53,623 nt of DNA, taken from Deltaproteobacteria bacterium. Lineage in GTDB: Bacteria > Desulfobacterota > Binatia > Binatales > Binataceae. Below are positions 1 through 7,435 of the stretch, one piece after another (the stretch's first letter is position 1; each line of letters opens with the position of its first letter). The notes under the pieces are model-generated. The model saw only the letters and a program-made list of their open reading frames with translations. It had not been told where the DNA came from and made no database searches. A program made the translations under genes and the position numbers. Location: the NCBI GenBank assembly GCA_021827495.1, contig JAKAVN010000004.1:1-53623 (forward strand), read 5' to 3'.

Positions 1-2
1 TC

Positions 3-803
3 GCGCGCAAGCTCGCCGCCGAGCTCGGCGTCGAGCTTGCGCGCGTCAGCGGCACCGGCCCCGGCGGGCGCATCACACGCGAGGACGTCGAGCGCGCGGC
101 GGCGTCCGCGCGCTCGACGTCCGCGGCCACCGGCCAGCCGCAGGTGCGCAGCGTCCCGATGCGCGGGATGCGCAAGACCATCGCGGATCGCATGTCGCAG
201 AGCCTGCACCAGAGCGCGCAGCTCACCATCACCAGCGAGGCCGACGTCAGCGCCGCCGTGGAGCTGCGCGAGCGGCTCGTCCGCCAGTTCGACTTCACCT
301 ATGGCGATCTGCTGATCCAGGCCGTGGCGCGCGCGCTGCTGCGTCATCCGCGGATGAATGCGCGGCTGGCGGGGGACGCGATTGTGATCATGCCGCAGGT
401 GAACGTCGGGATGGCGGTGGCGCTGGAGGACGGGTTGATCGTGCCGGTGATTATGGACGCCGACAGGAAATCGCTGCGGGAAATCGCGGCTGCGACGCGC
501 GAACTCGGCGAGCGCGCTCGCACGGGCAAGCTGCGTCTGGAAGATGTGAGCGGTGGGACCTTTACCATCACCAACCTCGGCACCTACGGGGTGGACGCGT
601 TTACTCCGATCATTAATCTCGGCGAAATCGGGATTCTTGGCGTCGGCCGCATCATTGAGAAGCCGGTCATCCATCGCGGCGAGATCGCGCGGCGCTCGAT
701 GATGACGCTTAGCCTGACCTTCGACCATCGGTTGATCGACGGCGCGCCGGCCGCGCAATTCCTTCAGACGGTCATTGATTTGTTCAACTTCGGCGAGCGC
801 TAG
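3..803 (+). CDS. Dihydrolipoamide acyltransferase (E2) of a 2-oxoacid dehydrogenase complex, 5'-truncated by the window edge
   Basis: Frame from nt 3 reads ARKLAAELGVELARVSGTGPGGRITREDVERA (E3-binding domain). It continues into the catalytic domain with GGTFTITNLG and the LTFDHRLIDGA catalytic His motif. Confidence 0.93.
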   Translation, partial: ARKLAAELGVELARVSGTGPGGRITREDVERAAASARSTSAATGQPQVRSVPMRGMRKTIADRMSQSLHQSAQLTITSEADVSAAVELRERLVRQFDFTYGDLLIQAVARALLRHPRMNARLAGDAIVIMPQVNVGMAVALEDGLIVPVIMDADRKSLREIAAATRELGERARTGKLRLEDVSGGTFTITNLGTYGVDAFTPIINLGEIGILGVGRIIEKPVIHRGEIARRSMMTLSLTFDHRLIDGAPAAQFLQTVIDLFNFGER

Positions 804-893
804 GGTTTGCGCGGCCCATCCCCGAAGCAACGGATGCTTATCGAGCCCGGCGGCCACCACTCTGATACGCGGCGCCCCCGCGCGGGTGGCGCG

Positions 894-2330
894 ATGGCGC
901 GCACGGCGCTCCGCGTCGCGGCGCTGGCGGCGATAGCGGCCCTGTCCGTGAGCGCCGGATGGGCCGCCGGCGGCATCAATGGGGCCTCGGCCATCAAGGC
1001 GCCGCCAGCGCAGGCCTTCAACTGGGACAAGCTGACCCAGGAGGCGACCGCGCTGCTCGCCCAGTACATCCGCATCGACACGACCAATCCACCGGGCAAC
1101 GAGTTGGGCGCGGCGCGGATGCTGCGCGAAAAGTTTCTGGCCGACGGAATCCCGGCCACGGTATGGCAGCCGGCGCCGGGCCGCGGCGTGGTGGCGGCGC
1201 GCCTGCGCGGCATCGGCAAGCACACCAAGGCCATCGTGCTGCTCAGCCACATGGACGTCGTGGCGGCCAATCCCAAACAGTGGCAGGTGCCGCCGTTCTC
1301 GGGCGAGGTCAAGGACGGCGATATCTGGGGCCGCGGCGCGATCGACGATAAGGGTCCGGGGGTGGTCGAGCTGATGGCGATGCTGGCGATCAAGCGCGCC
1401 GGCATCCTGCTCAACCGCGACGTGATCTTCATCGCGACCGGGGATGAGGAAGAGGGCGGACGCAACGGGGCGGGATGGTTCGTCGATCACGAGAAGCAGG
1501 TCTTTGCCGACGCCGGCTACCTGCTCAACGAGGGCGGCGGAATCGTGCAGACCCCCGGCCATCATCGGTTCTTCGAGGTTTCGGTGGCCGAGAAGACGCC
1601 GATGTGGATTCGGCTGACGGCCCAGGGACCAAGCGGCCATGCCGCGGTGCCGCCCGACGAGACCGCGGTCACGCATCTGACGGCGGCGCTGAGCAAGCTC
1701 ATCGCCTACCGCGCGCCGGTTCACGTGATCGACCCGGTGCGCGACTATTTCCACGCGATCGCCAAGCTCGACGGCGGGCCGGTCGAGTTCAACCACCTGG
1801 CGCGCGCGCTGCGCAAGCCCGCCTACCGCAAGGATTTCCTCTTGACCCCGCGCTACAACGCGATGGTGCGCGACACCGTCACGCCGACCGTGCTCGGCTC
1901 CAGCCAGCAAACCAACGTGATCGCCCCCACCGCCTACGCCGAAGTCGATTGCCGCCTGCTGCCGGGCGAGGACCCCGTGGCATTTCTCGGCCGGATCCGC
2001 CAGGTGATCGGAGACGACACGATCAAGGTCGAGGTGTTGCTCAACTTTCCCGCGGTGTCCTCGCCCCGCCGCTCGATCCTGATGAACGCGATCGACGCGG
2101 TCGCGTGGCACGACGGCCACGAGACGGTCGTGCCGACCATGATCGCCGGCTTTACCGACAGCCACTACTTCCGCGCCGACGGCCTCGTCGCCTACGGCTT
2201 TGTCCCGATGGAATTGACTGTGGCCCAGGAGCATACCGTTCATGGGATCAATGAACGGATCGAGGTCAAGGAGCTGGGCAACGGGATCCGGCGGATGGTT
2301 GAATTGTTGCGGTTCGCGGGTGGAAGCTGA
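894..2330 (+). CDS. Secreted M20/M25/M40 family metallo-hydrolase (ArgE/DapE-like peptidase)
   Basis: N-terminal signal peptide (MARTALRVAALAAIAALSVSAGWA) and metal-binding motifs SHMDVV, GRGAIDDKG, DEEEGG, NEGG and HGINE. Start set at ATG 894 within ORF 807..2330. Confidence 0.9.
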   Translation: MARTALRVAALAAIAALSVSAGWAAGGINGASAIKAPPAQAFNWDKLTQEATALLAQYIRIDTTNPPGNELGAARMLREKFLADGIPATVWQPAPGRGVVAARLRGIGKHTKAIVLLSHMDVVAANPKQWQVPPFSGEVKDGDIWGRGAIDDKGPGVVELMAMLAIKRAGILLNRDVIFIATGDEEEGGRNGAGWFVDHEKQVFADAGYLLNEGGGIVQTPGHHRFFEVSVAEKTPMWIRLTAQGPSGHAAVPPDETAVTHLTAALSKLIAYRAPVHVIDPVRDYFHAIAKLDGGPVEFNHLARALRKPAYRKDFLLTPRYNAMVRDTVTPTVLGSSQQTNVIAPTAYAEVDCRLLPGEDPVAFLGRIRQVIGDDTIKVEVLLNFPAVSSPRRSILMNAIDAVAWHDGHETVVPTMIAGFTDSHYFRADGLVAYGFVPMELTVAQEHTVHGINERIEVKELGNGIRRMVELLRFAGGS

Positions 2331-2361
2331 GAAGCGCGGATGGAAGCCGCCACCTAAGGTC

Positions 2362-3543
2362 ATGCTGCACGCAGGCGCCGGATACTCGATCTCGAACAAC
2401 CCCAAGGTTGCCGCCGCCGAGGCGACGCAGGAGGCGATGCGCCAGGCCGGGCTGCATCACGCCGCCGGCGCGCTGTGCTTTGCGAGCACCGCTCATGGCG
2501 CGGCTTTCGGGCTGATGCTGCGCACTGTGGCGGCGCAGGCACACACGCGTGAGGTGGCCGGATGCTCGAGCGTGGGGGTGATCGCGGCCGAGCGCGAGAT
2601 TGAGTCCGGCCCCGCAGTCGCAGTGATGGTTTTCGGTGGCAGCTCGCTGAGCGCCAAGCGGCTGTTCGTGCCCGCGCTGCGCGGGCGCGCGCGCGCGGCC
2701 GCCGCCGAGATCGCCGCCGCGGTGCGCCCGTCGCTGGGCAACAGCAACCTGCTCTGCCTGTTCGCCGACACCTATAATACGGAGCCCGACGCGCTGCTGG
2801 GCGCGCTCGGGCGCGAGCTGCCTGGCGTGATGGTGGTGGGCGGCGGCGCGAGCGAGGATGGCTCGATTGGCGAGACTTTTCAGTTCTGCGGCGACACCGT
2901 AAGTTCCAACGCGGTGGCCGGGATGCTGCTCGCCGGCGACTTCGACGTCAACCTCGGGGCTTCGCTGGCCTGCACGCCGCTGGGCAAGATCCATCGGGTG
3001 ACCGCCGTGCGCGACAATATATTGATCGAACTCGACGGCCGCCGCGCCTTCGACGTTTTCGCCGAGGCCGCCGGCCCGCTGGCGGAGGATTTCAAGCGCG
3101 CCATGGCCTTTGTCTTTTTGGCCGTCCCGTTCGATCCGGCCGCCGAACGGATGGAGCGCGAATGCTACATGGTCCGCAACATCGTGGGCGCGAGCGCTGA
3201 GCACGGCGTTCTCGCGGTCGCCCATCGGCCGAAGATTGGCGACCGCGTGAGCTTCGCGCTGCGCAACGGCGAGCGGTCGCGCGACGATCTCAAGGCCACG
3301 CTCGAGGAAATGAACGCGCGCGCGGCGCCGCCGCCGGTTTTCGGGTTGTACTTCGATTGCGTTTCGCGCGGCGCGGCGCTGTACAACATTCCCGACCATG
3401 ACTCGGCGTACATCGCCCGCTATTTTGGCCATCTGCCGATCGCCGGCTTCTTCACCGGCTTCGAGATCGGCCCGCTGGGCGCCGGCTATGGGATGCTTCA
3501 GTATTCGGGGGTGCTGGCGCTGATCTGCGGCAAGGCCGGCTAA
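2362..3543 (+). CDS. FIST (N+C) signal-transduction domain protein
   Basis: Typical FIST features: GCSSVGVI, VVGGGAS, ELDGRRA, YMVRNIVG, FDCVSRG and the C-terminal GFFTGFEIGP...LQYSGVLAL. Start set at ATG 2362. Confidence 0.85.
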   Translation: MLHAGAGYSISNNPKVAAAEATQEAMRQAGLHHAAGALCFASTAHGAAFGLMLRTVAAQAHTREVAGCSSVGVIAAEREIESGPAVAVMVFGGSSLSAKRLFVPALRGRARAAAAEIAAAVRPSLGNSNLLCLFADTYNTEPDALLGALGRELPGVMVVGGGASEDGSIGETFQFCGDTVSSNAVAGMLLAGDFDVNLGASLACTPLGKIHRVTAVRDNILIELDGRRAFDVFAEAAGPLAEDFKRAMAFVFLAVPFDPAAERMERECYMVRNIVGASAEHGVLAVAHRPKIGDRVSFALRNGERSRDDLKATLEEMNARAAPPPVFGLYFDCVSRGAALYNIPDHDSAYIARYFGHLPIAGFFTGFEIGPLGAGYGMLQYSGVLALICGKAG

Positions 3544-3676
3544 AGGGCCGGCCGGCCGGGCCCGGCGCATCGCGCCGCTTGCAGGGTTCAAACGGTTAGT
3601 GGTAGCTGAAATCTGGCTCCCCGTGCGGACATTGTTGCGGAGAGCGCATTTCAGCCGGCAACGGAGGACAGTCAAG

Positions 3677-4810
3677 TTGGACTTCGGATTTTCAGAAGAA
3701 CAAGAGATGCTGCGCGATGCGGCCAAGCGCTTTCTGGCCGACAATTGCTCGACCAAGTTCGTGCGGCAGATGATGGCCGATGAGAGCGCGCACGACGCGG
3801 GCTTCTGGCGCAAGATCGTCGGCCTGGGATGGCCCGGGTTGCTGATACCCGAGGAATACGGCGGCCAGGGCGGCAGCTTTCTCGATATGACGGTGATTGC
3901 CGAGGAAGCCGGCAAGGCGCTTATCCCCGGCCCCTTTTTCGCCGCCGCGCTGCTCGGCGCGCCGGTCGTGATCGAGGGCGGCTCCGACACGCAGAGGAAG
4001 GAACTGCTGCCGAAGATGGCCAGGGGCGAATACCTTGCGACGGTCGCGGTGGCGGAAGCGTCGGGGCGCTTCGATGCGGGCGGGATCGAATTGAAGGCGG
4101 ACAGGAAGGGCGCCGACTACGTGCTCTCGGGCGAGAAGTTTTTCGTGCCCGACGCGCACGTCGCGGACTGTATCGTCGTGGCCGCGCGCAGCGCCGCCAG
4201 CGGTGAGAACGGCGTGACCCTGCTGATGGTGCCGGCAAAACACAAGGGCGTCACCGTAACTCAGCTCAAGACCGTCGACATGACCCGGCGGCTTTGCCAC
4301 GTCAAGTTCGAGGGCGTCACCGTCTCCGGCGCCAATTTGCTTGGCAAGGAGGGCCAGGGATGGCCGGTGCTGCGCCGCACGCTGGATATCGCAACCGCCG
4401 CGTTGTCGGCCGAGATGGTTGGCGCCGCGCAGAAGGCGCTCGATATCGCGGTCGATTACGCCAAGACGCGCGTGCAATTCGGCAAGCCGATAGGCTCGTT
4501 CCAGGCGGTCAAGCACAAGTGCGTCGATATGATGGTGGCGGTGGAGAACACGCGCTCGCTCACGTATTACGCCTGCTGGACGGTCGACGAACGGCTGGCC
4601 GAGGCCGCAACGGCGGTGCCGATGGCCAAGGCGTACGCCTCCGATATGGCCAAGAACGTCACCAGCGAAGCGATCCAGGTGCATGGCGGAATCGGGTTCA
4701 CCTGGGAGCACGACATGCATCTCTACCATCGGCGCGCGCTGGCCGGCGAAGCGAACTTCGGCAACGCGCCGATCCATCGTGAGACCGTGGCGAAATCGCT
4801 GCTCGCCTGA
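3677..4810 (+). CDS. Acyl-CoA dehydrogenase family protein
   Basis: MDFGFSEEQEMLRD start (TTG 3677, SD ggagg at 3663), RVQFGKPIGSFQAVKHK and AIQVHGGIGFTWEH motifs. Confidence 0.93.
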   Translation: MDFGFSEEQEMLRDAAKRFLADNCSTKFVRQMMADESAHDAGFWRKIVGLGWPGLLIPEEYGGQGGSFLDMTVIAEEAGKALIPGPFFAAALLGAPVVIEGGSDTQRKELLPKMARGEYLATVAVAEASGRFDAGGIELKADRKGADYVLSGEKFFVPDAHVADCIVVAARSAASGENGVTLLMVPAKHKGVTVTQLKTVDMTRRLCHVKFEGVTVSGANLLGKEGQGWPVLRRTLDIATAALSAEMVGAAQKALDIAVDYAKTRVQFGKPIGSFQAVKHKCVDMMVAVENTRSLTYYACWTVDERLAEAATAVPMAKAYASDMAKNVTSEAIQVHGGIGFTWEHDMHLYHRRALAGEANFGNAPIHRETVAKSLLA

Positions 4811-4845
4811 ACCGCGGTCGCCGAAGCGGTGCATCTTATTGAAGG

Positions 4846-4882
4846 CCGCGGCCCGATCTAATCGGGCCGCGGTTCTTCGTTC
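4846..4882 (+). terminator. Putative intrinsic terminator after the acyl-CoA dehydrogenase
   Basis: Perfect 12-bp stem ccgcggcccgat/atcgggccgcgg with a 3-nt loop, followed by ttcttcgttc. Confidence 0.65.
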
Positions 4883-5139
4883 CTTGCCAGCCCAGGCGCA
4901 CAGCACGTGGTTGGCGTGCATCGTAGCGAGATACACTCTCGCGCACGGCCTGGATTTTGCCGCCGCTGGCCTCGCACAGAAAGTGATGGCAATCTGGCAG
5001 GTCTTGCCGTTCTTCATCGAACTGCTCGGCCAGTTCGGCGCCGCCATCGACGGCGCACGCTCGCCACGAATCAAGGGAGTGACGGGAGAGGCAATCGGGT
5101 AGCGGTCGAGGCTGAACGATTCGCGAAGATGACGCGCTG

Positions 5140-5175
5140 GGAAAGTTTTACCGCGATCAGTCGGTAACGTTTGCC
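5140..5175. promoter_or_regulatory. Candidate enhancer (UAS) pair for a sigma54 activator
   Basis: Two 13-bp imperfect palindromes, ggaaagttttacc (5140-5152) and ggtaacgtttgcc (5163-5175), 23 bp apart and 55-90 bp upstream of a sigma54 promoter. Confidence 0.5.
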
Positions 5176-5227
5176 GAAATTTCGCGCGGGTACACGACAA
5201 GCTCACGCGATTCCACCGGACCGCCGC

Positions 5228-5243
5228 GGGCACGAAGCTTGCC
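5228..5243 (+). promoter_or_regulatory. Sigma54 (-24/-12) promoter of the ExeA-LysM gene
   Basis: gGGCACGaagcTTGCc matches the GGCACG-N4-TTGC consensus with exact GG-to-GC spacing (5229/5241), about 60 nt before ATG 5302. Confidence 0.8.
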
Positions 5244-5301
5244 TCAGTTAGAGCCGACAGCGGCGAGATCGCGACAGACGCGATCGCTCTGTGACGCCCC
5301 C

Positions 5302-6684
5302 ATGTATCATCAGCACTTTGGCCTCAGTGGGCCGCCTTTCCAGTGCACACCGGCGCCCGATGCGTTGTATCTCAGCCACACCCATCGCGAAGCCCTCGCC
5401 GCGCTCGAATGGGGCCTGCTCCATGAGCCCACCGGCTTCACCCTGCTGGTGGGCGAGAGCGGCGTCGGCAAGACCACGCTGGTCTGTTCGATCCTGGCTC
5501 GCGGCCACCACAACGTGCGGGCCGCCTGGGTGACCAATCCCAAGCTCAACTTCGATCAGATGATGCAGGTGGTGATGTCGCAGCTCACTCCCGGCAGGGG
5601 CGGGCAGACCAAGCTCGAGCTGACCCAGGGCTTCGCCAGCCTGCTCAACGATCTTGCGCCGGGCGCGCGCGTCGCGATCATTATCGACGAAGCCCAGAGC
5701 TTGGGCGACGACACGCTGGAGGAACTGCGCCTGCTGTCCAACGCGGACAGCTTTGCCGAGCGCCGCCTGCAAATCATCTTTGTGGGCCAGCCCGAGCTGA
5801 TGGAGCGGCTGGCCAGCCCGGCGATGCACAGTCTGAACCAGCGCATCGGCGCCCGCGCCCTGCTCAAGACGCTGCGGCCGGCCGAAGTGCTCGAGTACAT
5901 CGATTGCCGGCTGCGCGCGAAGGGCCGCTCGGCGCGGAAAATATTTTCCGCCGCCGCGCTCAACTACCTGGTCGCCCACAGCGGCGGAAATCCACGCCGG
6001 GTGAATGTGCTCAGCCACAACTCGATGCTGCAGGGCTACGCGGCGGCGAGCAAAAAGGTCAGCCTGGCGATGCTCAAGCATGCGGTCAGCGAATATGAGG
6101 GCCTGATGAGCGCCAGGAAGGCGCGCACCGGCGGCGGCGAGTCCGCTCGCGGCGCGCGGCCGGGCCGGCGCCTCAGGCTGGCGGCGCTGGCGGTGACGGC
6201 GCTCGCACTGGCCGCCGCCGGCGTCATCCTGTGCTGGTCGCAAGACTGGTTTTCATCCAGTCCATCGCAGGCAGCCATCGGTGCGGTGGCCATCCGGCCC
6301 GCAGCGGAGTCCGTTATAACCGGCCCAAGGATTCCGCTGCGGCCGGTGGCCCCCGCCGTGGACAGCGCTTCCATCAACGTGGGGCTCGAGCCTTCGCGCC
6401 CGTCGATGGAGCCGCCGCGCGGCGCCGCGCCATCCGCAGGCGCGGCGCTTTCCGGCGGCGCCGCGCCGACTAATCACAGCGGCGCAGCCGCCACGACCGC
6501 GCAAGTGAAAAGCATCCAGGTTCGCTACGGCGATTCGCTGTCGAAGATTGCCGCCCGCTACCTGGGATCGGTCGAAGCGCTCGGCGAACTGCGGGAGGCG
6601 AATCCTCATTTGCGTAACATAGATCGGATCTACCCCGGCGAAACGCTGTTCCTTCCACCCACGCAAACGTCGGTAGGTCCTTAG
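5302..6684 (+). CDS. ExeA/GspA-like AAA+ ATPase with TM segment, Pro/Ala linker and C-terminal LysM domain
   Basis: MYHQHFGLSGPPF start typical of ExeA; Walker A GESGVGKT; Walker B IIIDEAQ; FVGQPEL; TM at LAALAVTALALAAAGVIL; LysM IQVRYGDSLSKIAARY...ANPHLRNIDRIYPGETLFLP. Confidence 0.88.
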   Translation: MYHQHFGLSGPPFQCTPAPDALYLSHTHREALAALEWGLLHEPTGFTLLVGESGVGKTTLVCSILARGHHNVRAAWVTNPKLNFDQMMQVVMSQLTPGRGGQTKLELTQGFASLLNDLAPGARVAIIIDEAQSLGDDTLEELRLLSNADSFAERRLQIIFVGQPELMERLASPAMHSLNQRIGARALLKTLRPAEVLEYIDCRLRAKGRSARKIFSAAALNYLVAHSGGNPRRVNVLSHNSMLQGYAAASKKVSLAMLKHAVSEYEGLMSARKARTGGGESARGARPGRRLRLAALAVTALALAAAGVILCWSQDWFSSSPSQAAIGAVAIRPAAESVITGPRIPLRPVAPAVDSASINVGLEPSRPSMEPPRGAAPSAGAALSGGAAPTNHSGAAATTAQVKSIQVRYGDSLSKIAARYLGSVEALGELREANPHLRNIDRIYPGETLFLPPTQTSVGP

Positions 6685-6847
6685 CAGGCACAACGGGGCG
6701 TGGAGTTTCGCGAGACGCTGTTGAAGATGGCGATAGGGCAGATTCCAGCCGCGATTGGCGGCGGGCGGGGCTGCGGCCGGCTTTGAGCACGTGCGCGCGG
6801 CGCGAGCACGCGGGCGCCGCGTTGCGCATTGCCACCGGCGCGGGAGG

Positions 6848-7402
6848 TCACGGCGAGGCCGGCACCAGCTTGGCCGCCAGCACGGCGGCCTTGTCGGCGA
6901 AGCCCGACGCCGCCACGTAGTCGTCTTCGGTCGCGGCCTTGCGGCCGGCCTGCAGAAAATCATTGGCCTGATCGTAGGTGGTGGCACTGTCGGCGTTGAG
7001 CGTGTTGCGGTCGACCTTCGCCAGTTTCGCTCCCGCACGGTCGAGCAGACGCAGAGCGCGGCCCTTGGAAGGGCCGTCGGCCAGCGTGACGCTGGGCCTG
7101 GGACTGGGTTGAGCAGGTGGCGCCGGAGCCGCAACCGCGGCTGGTACGGCGGGATTGGCCGGATGCCGCGTGCGGGTGGTTTCGGCCGTATGCGCATGTT
7201 TAGCGGCTGGCGCAATGCGGCTGCTCTCGCCGCCGGCGCTGGGCGCGGCAGGCGGCCGATAACGCTGGACCGCCGGCGCGGGCGTCGGCGGCGTCATGAA
7301 GCTCGGAATTTGCCAGCTTCCGCCGGGTCCGAAGCATCCCGAAAGCGCCACAGATATTGTTCCCGCCACGGCGGCAGTGCGCGCTACAGACCGACCCTTC
7401 AT
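6848..7402 (-). CDS. Pro/Ala-rich hypothetical lipoprotein with helical C-terminal domain
   Basis: Lipobox ALSGC after a hydrophobic stretch, low-complexity linker, amphipathic helical C-terminus (YDQANDFLQAGRKAA...ADKAAVLAAKL). Lies immediately downstream of the histidine kinase. Confidence 0.7.
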   Translation of the reverse strand: MKGRSVARTAAVAGTISVALSGCFGPGGSWQIPSFMTPPTPAPAVQRYRPPAAPSAGGESSRIAPAAKHAHTAETTRTRHPANPAVPAAVAAPAPPAQPSPRPSVTLADGPSKGRALRLLDRAGAKLAKVDRNTLNADSATTYDQANDFLQAGRKAATEDDYVAASGFADKAAVLAAKLVPASP

Positions 7403-7435
7403 TCCACTTACCAATCCCGCTGCGCGCGGGCAGTC

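Noticed and set aside
4880-5100. Possible small Cys/His-containing protein on the minus strand between the terminator and the exeA enhancer
   Set aside because: No frame gives a coherent start, stop and motif set. Left unannotated.
3692-5233. 513-aa minus-strand ORF, plus other long antisense ORFs (2266..3990, 6755..8122, 15506..16597, 45206..46849, 47722..48573)
   Set aside because: Shadow frames of well-supported genes in high-GC DNA. They have Arg/Ala/Pro-rich composition and no domain motifs.
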